Shown here piece after piece: positions 1 through 10,236 of a DNA stretch of 64,000 nucleotides; the stretch's first letter is position 1; each line of letters opens with the position of its first letter. Under the pieces are notes generated by a model, which was given only the letters and a program-made list of their open reading frames with translations, did no database searches and was not told the DNA's origin. The translations under genes and the position numbers were made by a program. Source of the DNA: Candidatus Nomurabacteria bacterium (GTDB taxonomy: Bacteria; Patescibacteriota; Minisyncoccia; Phycocordibacterales; SBAW01); contig CALQZS010000002.1 in NCBI GenBank assembly GCA_943349945.1, positions 115,750-179,749 of the forward strand. The letters run 5' to 3'.

Positions 1-86
1 GCCGCTTGCGGAATTCGCAAACACTACCACGGTGGTGTTTATGGGCACCCTGGGACAAAACGCCCAGAACATCATGAACCTGTAAG
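1..86 (+). CDS. 3' end of an unidentified CDS entering from upstream of the window (…EFANTTTVVFMGTLGQNAQNIMNL*)
   Basis: Open frame from base 2 to TAA at 84-86, followed by a terminator hairpin. 28 residues are too few to name the product. Confidence 0.3.
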
Positions 87-110
87 CCGCCCCATCTACT
101 TGCTCCCTAG

Positions 111-140
111 AGCCGCTCAAACCCTGAGCGGCTTTTTTAT
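111..140 (+). terminator. Rho-independent terminator, probably bidirectional (partial CDS / lysK)
   Basis: Hairpin agccgctcaaaccctgagcggct followed by TTTTTTATTT. It lies between two convergent gene ends. Confidence 0.5.
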
Positions 141-1742
141 TTACCCTATAGCTTCGGCAAGTAGCTTCACGACCAGCGCACGGTCAAGGCTCGAGAGAAA
201 CCATCCCGCTTTGGGGCCACTCTCTTTTGCTAAAAATACGGTGTATATCGCTTTAAAAAGCTCGCCCGGCGCAATAGGCACGCTGTCTTTGAGTCCGTGC
301 AAAAAATGATGCAGCTCTTCCCCGCTTGGCATAGCCTCCGCACTTTGCACGTACTGCGCCAACATACCCAGCGCCTTTTTTTGCATGTCGCTCAAACTTT
401 TTGCCGCCTCGGGCAAAGAGTCCTGTAGTTTAAATACAAACTTCTCTGGCGCATACAACTCGAGCCAGCGCTTGGCATATAATGCGCGCTCCTCAACCTC
501 GGCTTTTTCTGCCTCTGTCAGTGGACTCCCTTTTAGCTTTTCCATCTCATTTTGGAGCTGCATGTGTGGCATCTGCACCACAAACGCCACTTGCGAAAAG
601 CGAGGTAGGAATCCGCTTTGCGGCACAGGTCCTACATGGACCAAGCTAAACAGCCGCGCGTAGTCGTCGTCTTTTGTGGCGACATAGCCCTCTGCCAGTT
701 TGTCGTACAAGTCGTACAGCACGGGGATAGTGTCCCCCTCTGGGTCAAAGTTAATCGCCTGGTTGATATCTTTGGACAGTACGGCGAGGCGGAATATTTT
801 TGGCGGCAAAAGGTCTGCAACTTCGCGCGCACTGGAGCCGCGCCCCTTGGACGACGACATTTTTTTGCCCCCCACCAAAAAGAATTCGTACGGGATATCA
901 AACGGCGGCTCATGGTGAAATATTTCTCGCGCAATGTGCCCCCCAACGTCGCGTGTACCACCCTTGGTCGAGTGGTCTTTACCACCGCCTTCAATATCTA
1001 CGCCCATCACCTTCCACTTTGCGGGCCACTCGACTTTAAACGGAAGGGTTGCGTTGCCTCCAAACGGCGAAACTTTTCCTGTATGACTGCACCCCTGTGC
1101 CCACTCAACCGCGCGAGGCTCACACACATACGTTACCTCTGTCCCGTCAAAGTCTGTCACTCTTGTTGTGCCCACCTTGCCACACTGTTCGCAAATAACC
1201 GAAAGCGGGTACCAGTTTTCTGGCTTTTGCGAACCCGATACCTCTTTGTAGATGCGGCGTATCTCGCCCGCGTGTGTGAGCGCCTCGCGAATAGAGTCGT
1301 CCATTTTGCCCGACAAGTAGAGCTCGCTGACGTTGTAGAACGTTGGCGTAAACCCGCTAGATTCTATAACTTGTTTAAACTCCGACGCAAAGTAGTCTGC
1401 GAAGTTTTTTGCGATACCGTCCGGAGATGGAATACGAAAGAGCGGAAACCCCATATATTTTTTAAACTCCTCTGGCAAATATACCGGGAAGCCGTCCATA
1501 GGGTCGGTGTCGTTTATCTCATACAAAAAAGTGTTGTCGATTCCGCGGTCTTTAAGTGCTTGCGAGACCATGCCGTGTATCATCACGCCGCGCATAGACC
1601 CCACATGCACCCGCCCAGAGGCGGTCTTTTCGTCGCGCACGACCAAAGGGCGTTTTAGCCCGCCTTTTGACAGGTCCCCAAAACGCGCCTCCACCTCGCC
1701 CGCTATACGGTCTGCCCAAAACATATCCCTAGCATACCGCAC
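141..1742 (-). CDS. lysK: Class I (archaeal-type) lysyl-tRNA synthetase
   Basis: 533 aa. N-terminal MFWAD…, HVGS (HIGH-type) motif, KMSSSKG (KMSKS). Length and N-terminus are typical of LysRS-I. Confidence 0.8.
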   Translation of the reverse strand: MRYARDMFWADRIAGEVEARFGDLSKGGLKRPLVVRDEKTASGRVHVGSMRGVMIHGMVSQALKDRGIDNTFLYEINDTDPMDGFPVYLPEEFKKYMGFPLFRIPSPDGIAKNFADYFASEFKQVIESSGFTPTFYNVSELYLSGKMDDSIREALTHAGEIRRIYKEVSGSQKPENWYPLSVICEQCGKVGTTRVTDFDGTEVTYVCEPRAVEWAQGCSHTGKVSPFGGNATLPFKVEWPAKWKVMGVDIEGGGKDHSTKGGTRDVGGHIAREIFHHEPPFDIPYEFFLVGGKKMSSSKGRGSSAREVADLLPPKIFRLAVLSKDINQAINFDPEGDTIPVLYDLYDKLAEGYVATKDDDYARLFSLVHVGPVPQSGFLPRFSQVAFVVQMPHMQLQNEMEKLKGSPLTEAEKAEVEERALYAKRWLELYAPEKFVFKLQDSLPEAAKSLSDMQKKALGMLAQYVQSAEAMPSGEELHHFLHGLKDSVPIAPGELFKAIYTVFLAKESGPKAGWFLSSLDRALVVKLLAEAIG

Positions 1743-1769
1743 AACCGTGCCTTATCAAGGCAGGTACCG

Positions 1770-2231
1770 CTACTCTACTTTTAGAATTTTATACTTCTGC
1801 GCACCTTTGGGTGTATGGAACGAAAACTCATCCCCTTTCTTTTTACCCATCAATGCGCTACCCAAGGGCGAGTGGTAAGAAATTTTGCCCGCAAACAAGT
1901 CTGCCTCTTCGGCACCCACGATGGCGTAGGTGTGTTTATCGTCACCGCTTAAGTTTTGCACCGTTACGGTCGAGCCCATACCCACCGCATCTGTTTTGAC
2001 GCCGCGCACAATTTTTGCATTCTTTAAAATCGCCTCCAACTTTTGCACACGGTCTTCTACCGCTGCTTGTATATCGCGCGCCTCTTGGTACTCTGCGTTT
2101 TCTGACAAGTCGCCCAGTGAGCGAGCGTACTCCAATTGCTCGGCAACCTCTTTGCGACGTTTGGTGTGCAGCTCTTCCAGCTCTTTTGTAAGCTCTTCAA
2201 ATTTTTCTTGCGAGAGAAGTTCTTCAGTCAT
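1770..2231 (-). CDS. greA: Transcription elongation factor GreA
   Basis: 153 aa. Coiled-coil N-terminus with LSENAEY…ARD signature and a C-terminal FKBP-like domain. greA-lysS synteny. Confidence 0.85.
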   Translation of the reverse strand: MTEELLSQEKFEELTKELEELHTKRRKEVAEQLEYARSLGDLSENAEYQEARDIQAAVEDRVQKLEAILKNAKIVRGVKTDAVGMGSTVTVQNLSGDDKHTYAIVGAEEADLFAGKISYHSPLGSALMGKKKGDEFSFHTPKGAQKYKILKVE

Positions 2232-2344
2232 ATAAAATTGTTTTTAGTGGTTAGGAAATAGTGGGAATGGTGGCCGTCGAGGGATAATCTTACCCTTTAG
2301 GGCCCACAAACGCAAGCCCAAAACTCACTCCAAATACAGGAAAC

Positions 2345-4045
2345 TTACGCCTCTTCAAGGTATTCTGGCGCATGCTCGCGCATCCACTGCAGGAACGTAT
2401 ACATCGTCGCAGACGCGCCTATGAGCGTGCCTGTGGGCCCTCGCTCCAACACCACCGCGTACGCATATTTTGGGTTTTCATACGGAAAAAAACCTATCAT
2501 CCACGAGTTGATAAACTCGTTGCGTGCACCCACCTCGGCGGTACCCGTCTTTGCCGCCACATGCACAAAGTCAAACTTCAAAGCCTGCGCCACGCCGTCG
2601 GTGACGCTCATGCGCATACCCTCCTGCACCACCTGTATCACATGCGCCGAAAGCGGGAGCTCAGTACTAGGTGTGTTTGCTTGCCCCTCTGTTTTAATGA
2701 GCGTAGGCGTAAGCAGCGTGCCTCCGTTGGCCAGCGCGGCAGCTGCACGTAGCGCTTGCAGCGGTGTTACTTGCATACCGTACTGGCCAATGGATGTATG
2801 GTACGTGTTGCCCACGCGCCACACGGGGTCATTGGGGAAGGTTTTTTCCTTCCACTCTCTGCTTGGGATATTACCCGTTTTGCTACTAAACCCCACCAGC
2901 CCAGCATCGCTGCCAAATCCAAACATGCGATAGTATTCGCCCAGCTTGTCTATACCCAACCCCTTTTGGTCGCCAAACCCACCTCCCACTTCATAAAAAT
3001 ATATGTCCGACGACACTGCGATTGCCCGACGCAAGTCTGTCCATCCGTTTACCCGCCAGTCGCGAAAGACCGTCGGCTTTTTTGGGTCGTATGGGTTAGG
3101 CACGGTGAGCGCACCGGTCGAGAGTATCTGCTTGTACTCGTCTATCACCCCCTCGGTTAATGCAGCGGCACCTACAATGGGCTTCACGATAGAGCCAGGT
3201 GCATACAACCCGTCGACTGCGCGGTCCAAAAATGGCTGACGTTTATTTGCATTAAGCGATTTAATAACCGCAGCATCTCCGCTCGCTACGGCATTTTGGT
3301 CAAACTCCGGATAGCTCGTCAGCGCCAACACCTCGCCAGTGTGCACATCCATAATAAGCCCCGCACCACCTTGGAACCCAGACTCCTCTGCCCGCGCTGC
3401 TATCGCCTTATACAGTCCCTCTGTAAGTTTTGCGTCAATAGACAGCACCAGTTTTTGCCCAGGCTTGGGTGGTTCTATAACACTCTCCGACACCACCGCC
3501 CCGCGTGCATCTGTCTCTGCCAACCTCGTGCCGTTGGTGCCACCCAGCGCTTGGTCAAACACGTGTTCAGCCCCGTCGACGCCCACAAACGTTTTGCGAA
3601 AATATACTCCGGACGAATCTTTGGTGGGCGGTTGCACATACCCCACTACATGCGCCAAACCCTCAAACGAGGCGTACACGCGCTTGGCAAAGTCGTCGTC
3701 GTTGGTGCGTTCGTTGTACGCAAGTGGCACGTCGTTGCGGTCGACGATAAGGCCACGGTCGGCAAAAATAATATCTTGTGCAAGTTGGTTGTTGCGCGCA
3801 CGCTCTGCATAGGAGGCACCGCGCACCACCTGCAGCTGCCCTGCACGCCCCAGCAACAGCACACAAACACACACTGCCAAAATGCCTGCAGCCACAAACG
3901 AGCGCCGGCTGAGAGGGCGTTCAAGACGACCCTCAAATTGGTCGCGGTCAAAATCGGGCAAGTTGGACGAGTCAATAAGTATCTCGTCTGGGTGGATTTC
4001 TGTGTGTATTTTGCCGCGCCGCTTTCTCCACAAGTACCGCATCAA
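2345..4045 (-). CDS. mrdA: Penicillin-binding protein 2 / peptidoglycan D,D-transpeptidase
   Basis: 566 aa. N-terminal TM helix, SIVKP (SxxK) active site, PBP dimerisation domain. Directly downstream of mreBCD. Confidence 0.8.
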   Translation of the reverse strand: MMRYLWRKRRGKIHTEIHPDEILIDSSNLPDFDRDQFEGRLERPLSRRSFVAAGILAVCVCVLLLGRAGQLQVVRGASYAERARNNQLAQDIIFADRGLIVDRNDVPLAYNERTNDDDFAKRVYASFEGLAHVVGYVQPPTKDSSGVYFRKTFVGVDGAEHVFDQALGGTNGTRLAETDARGAVVSESVIEPPKPGQKLVLSIDAKLTEGLYKAIAARAEESGFQGGAGLIMDVHTGEVLALTSYPEFDQNAVASGDAAVIKSLNANKRQPFLDRAVDGLYAPGSIVKPIVGAAALTEGVIDEYKQILSTGALTVPNPYDPKKPTVFRDWRVNGWTDLRRAIAVSSDIYFYEVGGGFGDQKGLGIDKLGEYYRMFGFGSDAGLVGFSSKTGNIPSREWKEKTFPNDPVWRVGNTYHTSIGQYGMQVTPLQALRAAAALANGGTLLTPTLIKTEGQANTPSTELPLSAHVIQVVQEGMRMSVTDGVAQALKFDFVHVAAKTGTAEVGARNEFINSWMIGFFPYENPKYAYAVVLERGPTGTLIGASATMYTFLQWMREHAPEYLEEA

Positions 4046-4049
4046 CCGA

Positions 4050-4331
4050 TTATAGCGTATCGCCCCCTCGTTTGCGGAGTTTGCCTACGATGACTACGCG
4101 CAGCACGGAGCCCACAACCGCCAAGGCGGTGAGCGGGAAATATATATAGTGCAGCCACCCGGGTGCGCCGTATGCCAAATCAAGCAAAAAACCAAGCAGT
4201 ATCGCCGTAACCCAGTGGCCAGAGACAGTCGCCAGCAACACACCAAAGACTGCCAACGGCCAAAATCCTGCCAAAAAGCCAGTCGCCGTGGTCAAAAACG
4301 ACACTAATATGACTGTTCTATTGCGAAACAT
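4050..4331 (-). CDS. mreD: Small polytopic membrane protein, probable MreD
   Basis: 93 aa, hydrophobic. Sits between mreC and pbp2, overlapping mreC by 14 nt. Confidence 0.45.
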   Translation of the reverse strand: MFRNRTVILVSFLTTATGFLAGFWPLAVFGVLLATVSGHWVTAILLGFLLDLAYGAPGWLHYIYFPLTALAVVGSVLRVVIVGKLRKRGGDTL

Positions 4332-5073
4332 ACGGTTTTACAATTTCTACAAAGCGCAGCTGCAGCGGGTTGGCGGGTAGTTGCATATACAAAGTTTCAA
4401 ACGACTCACCCTCTTTTGCATCCACGTGCGTCACTGTGCCCGTGTAGCCCGCAAACACCCCAGGCAGCACAACGCTGGCGCCCACCACCACCCCCGCACC
4501 CGCAGGCACCTGGGCGCGCATAGACCCGCTGCCCTGACCCTCTACGCGCACCGGCAACACCTGCGCGTCCGCTAATGATACCAGAGCATCGTGCGTCTCG
4601 CCGGGCGCCGAGAGCAGTATCACGCGGGCAGTGGTGGGGTACACTTCTACCACAGTACCTATAACCCCAGCACCTCCTGCCAAGACCAAGTCCCCCGCCC
4701 CAACACCCTCTGCTGCCCCCGCGTCCAACACGAGCGTGTCATAGGGAATGCCGGGTGGGCGAAGCAACACGCCCGCAAGTGTCCGCGCCTGTGTGCTAGT
4801 GCGTCCTAGACGCTGTTTCAAGTCTTTATTTTCTTGCAACAAAAGGTCGCGGTCGGCCCGTGCGGCTTTGGCCGCAGCAAGCTCGCTTTGCAGTATTGCC
4901 ACTTCCGAAGCAGTAACACTATTGCGCACTGCAAGCACCGGCTCAAGCACGCGCCACAGCAGCCCCCCTAGCGCACCCTGGCCATATGCCGCCGCCGCAA
5001 AAAGCAGCGCACCCACCCCAAACACAAGGGCGATGTGTTTTGTTTTTTGCCCACCGCGAGCACGATTACGCAT
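4318..5073 (-). CDS. mreC: Rod shape-determining protein MreC
   Basis: N-terminal TM helix plus coiled coil, then Gly/Val-rich beta domains. Start taken at MRNR… so the overlap with mreB is 8 nt. Confidence 0.7.
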   Translation of the reverse strand: MRNRARGGQKTKHIALVFGVGALLFAAAAYGQGALGGLLWRVLEPVLAVRNSVTASEVAILQSELAAAKAARADRDLLLQENKDLKQRLGRTSTQARTLAGVLLRPPGIPYDTLVLDAGAAEGVGAGDLVLAGGAGVIGTVVEVYPTTARVILLSAPGETHDALVSLADAQVLPVRVEGQGSGSMRAQVPAGAGVVVGASVVLPGVFAGYTGTVTHVDAKEGESFETLYMQLPANPLQLRFVEIVKPYVSQ

Positions 5074-6118
5074 AGTCATCATCATTTTCTAAAAAGAGGT
5101 CGTGGTGCAGGTCTAAGTTTTCTAAAATCACCCCTGTCCCGCGCGCCACAGCAGTCAGCGGGTCGTCCGCCACCATAACCGGCACCTTGAGCCACTGTGC
5201 GAGCAATTGGTCGAGCCCTTTGAGCAGTGCACCCCCACCCGCAAGCGTGATGCCCGTGCGCATCACATCAGAGAGGATTTCTGGCGGCGTAGTTTCGAGC
5301 ACTTCGCGCACCGACTCTATAAGTGTGTCGATTGATTGCGAAATTGCTTCGCGGATATCTTGGTCGGTCAACACAATTTCGCGCGGCAAGCCGGTAATGA
5401 GATCGCGACCACGCACCACCGCTTCGAGCCTGCTCTCGCCTTCGATAACCGAGCCAATAGCCATCTTTACATCTTCGGCCGTTTTTTCTCCTATCAAAAT
5501 TTTAAACTCCGAACGCACGTAGGCGATGATGTCGCGGTTAAGCTTGTCGCCTGCCACGCGCAAATTTTTTGCCCGTACAATCCCGCCCAAAGAGAGCACC
5601 GCAATGTCGACGGTGCCGCCTCCAATGTCGACTATCATACTCCCCACCGCCTCGCGTATAGGCAGCCGCACGCCAAGCGCCGCAGCAATAGGCTCTTCTA
5701 CTATATATACTTCGCGCGCACCGGCGTTTTGTGCAGCGTCTTTAACCGCGCGCATCTCGACGTTGGTGATACCCGCGGGCACCCCAATGACCGTACGTGG
5801 ACCCAATAGTTGGCGCGAGGCACCCTGGGCGCGGTTTATCAAGTACGCAAGCATCTCTTCTGTGGCTTCAAAGTCCGACACCACACCGTCCACCAAAGGG
5901 CGCACGGCCATAAGGTGCCCGGGTGTACGACCCAACATGTCTTTGGCTGCCTGCCCCACCGCTACCACTTGGCCTGTTTTTTGGTTAACCGCCACCACCG
6001 ATGGCTCGGTTACTACGATGCCTTTGCCACGCAAATACACCAGAGTATTTGCAGTACCCAGGTCAATACCTACATCATTTGATACAAACGGCAGCAGCCG
6101 ATTTAAAAACTTAGCCAT
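5066..6118 (-). CDS. mreB: Actin-like rod-shape protein MreB
   Basis: 350 aa. DLGTANTLVY, VVAVNQ…, DIGGGTVD actin-fold motifs. Confidence 0.9.
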   Translation of the reverse strand: MAKFLNRLLPFVSNDVGIDLGTANTLVYLRGKGIVVTEPSVVAVNQKTGQVVAVGQAAKDMLGRTPGHLMAVRPLVDGVVSDFEATEEMLAYLINRAQGASRQLLGPRTVIGVPAGITNVEMRAVKDAAQNAGAREVYIVEEPIAAALGVRLPIREAVGSMIVDIGGGTVDIAVLSLGGIVRAKNLRVAGDKLNRDIIAYVRSEFKILIGEKTAEDVKMAIGSVIEGESRLEAVVRGRDLITGLPREIVLTDQDIREAISQSIDTLIESVREVLETTPPEILSDVMRTGITLAGGGALLKGLDQLLAQWLKVPVMVADDPLTAVARGTGVILENLDLHHDLFLENDDDYA

Positions 6119-7370
6119 TTGCGGTCAGGTGTCCTATCAGCTCTGATATGCTCTTGTGCGAGGTGTGGCCGCTTGCGCGTTCGACACACTCGAACTTGCC
6201 TGCGGCTAGCGTCTTTTCAGACACGACAACGCGCAGCGGCAACCCAAGCAGGTCGCTGTCGGCAAACTTCTCGCCGGCGCGCGCATCGCGATCGTCCCAC
6301 AAGACACTTATCCCTGCTTCAGTCAGCTCGCGATACAGCTCGGCTGCTTCGGTGTGCACGTCGGCGTTGTCTGCACCTCCAAGTTCGACCAAGTGTACGC
6401 GCAGCGGCGCCACAGACTCGGGCCAGACAATACCCCTGTCGTCCGAGAGCGCTTCGACAATAACCCCCATCAACCGGGTAATGCCTATGCCGAAGCAGCC
6501 CATAATAGGATGCGTCTCTATTCCCTCTTTATTTTTGTAGGTAAAGGTAAAGTCTTTTGTGTACTTGGTGCCGAGGTCAAAGATGTTTCCCACCTCGGAC
6601 GCTTTTGCCTGAGAGAGCACACCATTAGCACTGCAACGCGTGCAGGTATCACCCTCTTTCTGATCACTAATTTCAACATTCACACAATACGAGCAGCTGT
6701 TGCAGTACAAAATGTCGTCCTCGCCCGCCTCGGTCAGCACCATAAACTCGTACGAGAGCTTGTTGGTAAAGGCGCCGCCCGAAGCTTCGGTGGCTTTGGC
6801 CACCAACCCCAACCGCTCGTACACGCGCAAGTACGCCTCCTTGGCCTGCGCATAAAAACGGTCGAAGTCTTCTTGCGTCTCGTGGAAGGAGTACATGTCC
6901 TTCATAGTAAACTCGCGCCCGCGCATGATGCCCGACTTGGCGCGCAACTCGTCTCGGTACTTCTGCCCTATTTGATATATCACCACTGGCAGGTCTTTGT
7001 ATGACAGCACATACTCTGCGGCAATGGGGGTTACTATCTCCTCTTCGCTTTGGCCGACGGTATATTCCTTTTCGGTGCGGCTCAAAATTTTAAACACCAC
7101 GTCCACCCCGTCCCACGCGCCTGTTTGCTTCCACGGCTCGCTTGGGTGGAGTGTGGCCATGCGGATCTCTTGCCCGCCGATTTTATCCATCTCTTCGCGG
7201 ACTATCTGCTCGATACGCTCGAGCACGCGCCTCCCCAGCGGCAAGTACGAATATACGCCCGCCATCTCTTTATGGATGTAGCCGCCGCGGATAAGCAGCT
7301 GCGCGTTTTTGGAAACCTCGTCCTTTGGGGCCTCTTTGCGGGTTTTGGTAAATAGTTTGGATTGCAACAT
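6111..7370 (-). CDS. proS: Prolyl-tRNA synthetase (short form, no INS editing domain)
   Basis: 419 aa. Class II motifs 2 and 3 (FREF…SFH; GCFGIGITRL). C-terminal anticodon-binding domain. Cys-rich insert CNSCSYC…CTRC. Confidence 0.85.
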   Translation of the reverse strand: MLQSKLFTKTRKEAPKDEVSKNAQLLIRGGYIHKEMAGVYSYLPLGRRVLERIEQIVREEMDKIGGQEIRMATLHPSEPWKQTGAWDGVDVVFKILSRTEKEYTVGQSEEEIVTPIAAEYVLSYKDLPVVIYQIGQKYRDELRAKSGIMRGREFTMKDMYSFHETQEDFDRFYAQAKEAYLRVYERLGLVAKATEASGGAFTNKLSYEFMVLTEAGEDDILYCNSCSYCVNVEISDQKEGDTCTRCSANGVLSQAKASEVGNIFDLGTKYTKDFTFTYKNKEGIETHPIMGCFGIGITRLMGVIVEALSDDRGIVWPESVAPLRVHLVELGGADNADVHTEAAELYRELTEAGISVLWDDRDARAGEKFADSDLLGLPLRVVVSEKTLAAGKFECVERASGHTSHKSISELIGHLTANG

Positions 7371-7555
7371 ATAGGCATTGTACGGGGAAAAAGCGCAGCA
7401 GGCAAAGGCTGTAAATAAAGGCTATTTTGGCGCCTGCATATCCACACCAAAACCATTGACACTAACCCCTATATATGCTACAATTAGGGGTAGAGAACAC
7501 TTGTTCCTGTGCTGCGTTACACGCGGCAACAAACTATATAGAAAGGTGATAGACC

Positions 7556-8629
7556 ATGTCCGACACAGCAATGTCCGCGGCACTGGTTGCCAGCGGAGTC
7601 TCCGCACCTCGCGCGCTACACAAGAATGGCAAGCGGCGTCAGCCACGATCGTCTGCACGCCGACTCAATGCCATGCATTGGGAAAACCCCGACGTCGGAA
7701 GCCTGGTTATCCAGGCTACCAACTTCGACATCGGCGCCGTCGCCGACGAATGGCCGTTCTCGTACGCCCCCATAGCAACGGGCACCAAAATGCCCGACGT
7801 CTTGGAGGTTGGATTTCAGGTCAATCTGAAATCCGGAGTGTATGTCTACACTCGACACAACACTGCCCCCTCGGGGCAGCAGCAGGTCAAGCCGCACGAA
7901 GACGGGAGCATTCCTTCTTTCTCCGTGAACGTGAAGTGGGATGTGGTGGACGGTCAGCGTCTCGCGTATACGCGAGAAAAAGACATGGACAACATCGACA
8001 TCTTCTTCGTCCTGGAGGATGGAACATTCCTTAACCTCCAGATTGCGGTATTGTATCGAAACGGCGTCTTCTATCTGTCAGTGCAAGAGATGGGGGCGTA
8101 CCCAGTGGTTCGCATCCCGCTCGACCTGCAGCACAACAAGAAGACGGTACGCATCGGCGACGGACGGTATGCGCTGGTGACGCTTCAGGAAGAACAGTCC
8201 TTTCCAAAGGCCGACTTCCTCAAGACCATGGGCCAGATGGGCGAGCAGCTCATCGAGTTCATCGCGCAGGACTGTGTCGACGATTCGGGGAAAAGTCTTA
8301 TTCCCTACGTCGAAGCAATCCCCTGTATGGAGTGGCATCCTCCGGAAACTCCGTCGGTTACTCCGGTGGAGCGGCGTGACGGTTGGATGGGCGGGGTGGT
8401 GAAATTTTGCAACCCAATCGTATCCATCGCCGCAATCGTCTGTGCTGACACGATGGAGCGGTTGTGCAACCTTTCACTCATCCTCGACGAAGACGGCAAG
8501 TCGCTGTTGGAGCAGGGAAAGTTCCCTGTTCTACTGCCGCGCGAGCGAGTGCTGGTGCGGCTCCAAACCGCGACAGTGCGCGGCAAGACCACACAACAGA
8601 TCGTCGCTGTGCGACGCATCACAGACTAA
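7556..8629 (+). CDS. Hypothetical protein, 357 aa, GC-rich gene
   Basis: Long ORF with protein-like composition. Own terminator downstream. Divergent from proS. No motif recognised. Confidence 0.5.
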   Translation: MSDTAMSAALVASGVSAPRALHKNGKRRQPRSSARRLNAMHWENPDVGSLVIQATNFDIGAVADEWPFSYAPIATGTKMPDVLEVGFQVNLKSGVYVYTRHNTAPSGQQQVKPHEDGSIPSFSVNVKWDVVDGQRLAYTREKDMDNIDIFFVLEDGTFLNLQIAVLYRNGVFYLSVQEMGAYPVVRIPLDLQHNKKTVRIGDGRYALVTLQEEQSFPKADFLKTMGQMGEQLIEFIAQDCVDDSGKSLIPYVEAIPCMEWHPPETPSVTPVERRDGWMGGVVKFCNPIVSIAAIVCADTMERLCNLSLILDEDGKSLLEQGKFPVLLPRERVLVRLQTATVRGKTTQQIVAVRRITD

Positions 8630-8645
8630 ACTACCCGTGCACACG

Positions 8646-8690
8646 GGCAAACTGGGGCGAGAATTCTACACAGAATTCTCGCCCTTTCTC
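8646..8690 (+). terminator. Rho-independent terminator
   Basis: ggcgagaattctacacagaattctcgcc hairpin followed by a T-rich tract. Confidence 0.5.
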
Positions 8691-8747
8691 TTTTTTTATA
8701 CTTCCTATACTTGGGGCCAAATGGTGCGCTACTATATACAGTAACGC

Positions 8748-10211
8748 ATGGACAAAAACCCTTACCACCCTAGCGACTGGAAGCGCCTTATACCCGATGT
8801 CGATTCGGTGCTCGAGAAACTAGAAACATACAACACTATCGCAGTGGGCATTACCCCCTACACCCGCATCATCCCTGGTTTTTTCTTAAAAAACTTTTCT
8901 GTATACGCTATAAAAAACTCCAGTGATACAGACGTTCTTAAGCAACATATGCGCGTGCATATATTAGAAGACCATCAACCTGCCCTTGCCAAGCGTGTAC
9001 ACGGCACCGGGTACCTAATCGGCAGCGGTGCATTTAAAGCCTTCCTTGCTTCTCGTAAAACTCCACCAACACTTATGCTCAACACGGTCAGCGAAAAGAC
9101 CGCAGAAGAGCTTACTCGCACGGGGACCCGGTGGATAGGTAACCACCCCAAAACCTTCGCCACTGTTGCACACAAGGGCTCATTTCGTGCATTGGTCAAA
9201 AAACTTGGACTCCCGTCTTTGCAGTCAGACATATATACCAAAGAAGCCTTCTTTTCTTCTATGTGGGGAGTGTTGTGGGACACGTACGATGGACCGTTTG
9301 TGGTGCAACGCGCCGACAAAGAAGTGGGTGGCAACGAGGGTACTTTTTTTATTCGTACTGAATCTGATTTGAGCGCGTGTATGGAGGTGCTGCACAAAGA
9401 CACACAATTTGAAAGCGTATTACTCTCGCCCTTCGTTGAAGGCTACTCCACCTCGATGCTTGGCTGTGTCATGCCAAACGGCACACTCTCTGGCCCGCTG
9501 CAATTACAGCTTATAGACGTGCCCGAGGCGCGCAACGGCCTGCCTGCAAACGGTATCTTTTTTGGAAACGATATAGGTTTTCACCCATGGGACAGCACCA
9601 TAGAATATCAGGCGCGCAAAGTGGTCGAAGCTGTAGGCGCACATCTTCAAACACAAGGGTACAAGGGTATTTTTGGTATCGATTTTCTATACGACAAGAA
9701 TCGCTCCGCAATTTATCCCAACGAATGTAATCCACGCTTTACCGGCTCCCTCATGCTCCACTCTCTTATGTTGCTTCAAGAAAAAATTCCACCGCTGGAG
9801 CTGTTTCACCTTATGGCGCACACACAGACCCAATCCAGTTTTGATTTTGAGACAGTTAACCGTGCACTGAGAACACGCGTACCCTGCTCACACGTTGCTT
9901 TTTCTCCTCGTGGGATAACCACCATGGAACTTCCTCTGCTAACTGGTGTATACGAGTATCGTGCAGAAGTGCCTTCTTTGGAGTATAAGCGGCCAGGTAT
10001 ATCCCTTGCCGACCTACACAGCGACAAAGAGTTTTTGATAATAGACACCGTACCAGCGTTAGGAAGCCGTATCGAGCAAGCGGTGCCTCGGTTGTTTAAA
10101 TTTATATTCCCCAGAAGTATCGCCACATCTTCATACGAGATAGATGCGGATTCTAGTTTTTTGATAGAGCGTTTTGCAAAAGTACTGCGAGACGCAGTAC
10201 TCGAAAAGTAG
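8748..10211 (+). CDS. ATP-grasp fold ligase of unknown specificity
   Basis: 487 aa. C-terminal half has GIFGIDFLYD…IYPNECNPRFTGS (ExNxR-type ATP-grasp signature), after a pre-ATP-grasp domain. Confidence 0.6.
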   Translation: MDKNPYHPSDWKRLIPDVDSVLEKLETYNTIAVGITPYTRIIPGFFLKNFSVYAIKNSSDTDVLKQHMRVHILEDHQPALAKRVHGTGYLIGSGAFKAFLASRKTPPTLMLNTVSEKTAEELTRTGTRWIGNHPKTFATVAHKGSFRALVKKLGLPSLQSDIYTKEAFFSSMWGVLWDTYDGPFVVQRADKEVGGNEGTFFIRTESDLSACMEVLHKDTQFESVLLSPFVEGYSTSMLGCVMPNGTLSGPLQLQLIDVPEARNGLPANGIFFGNDIGFHPWDSTIEYQARKVVEAVGAHLQTQGYKGIFGIDFLYDKNRSAIYPNECNPRFTGSLMLHSLMLLQEKIPPLELFHLMAHTQTQSSFDFETVNRALRTRVPCSHVAFSPRGITTMELPLLTGVYEYRAEVPSLEYKRPGISLADLHSDKEFLIIDTVPALGSRIEQAVPRLFKFIFPRSIATSSYEIDADSSFLIERFAKVLRDAVLEK

Positions 10212-10236
10212 GAAGCTACACAGGCAGCTCAAGAAG

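Noticed and set aside
618-1658. 346-aa plus-strand ORF
   Set aside because: It is antisense to lysK. LysK carries the HIGH and KMSKS motifs; this ORF carries none.
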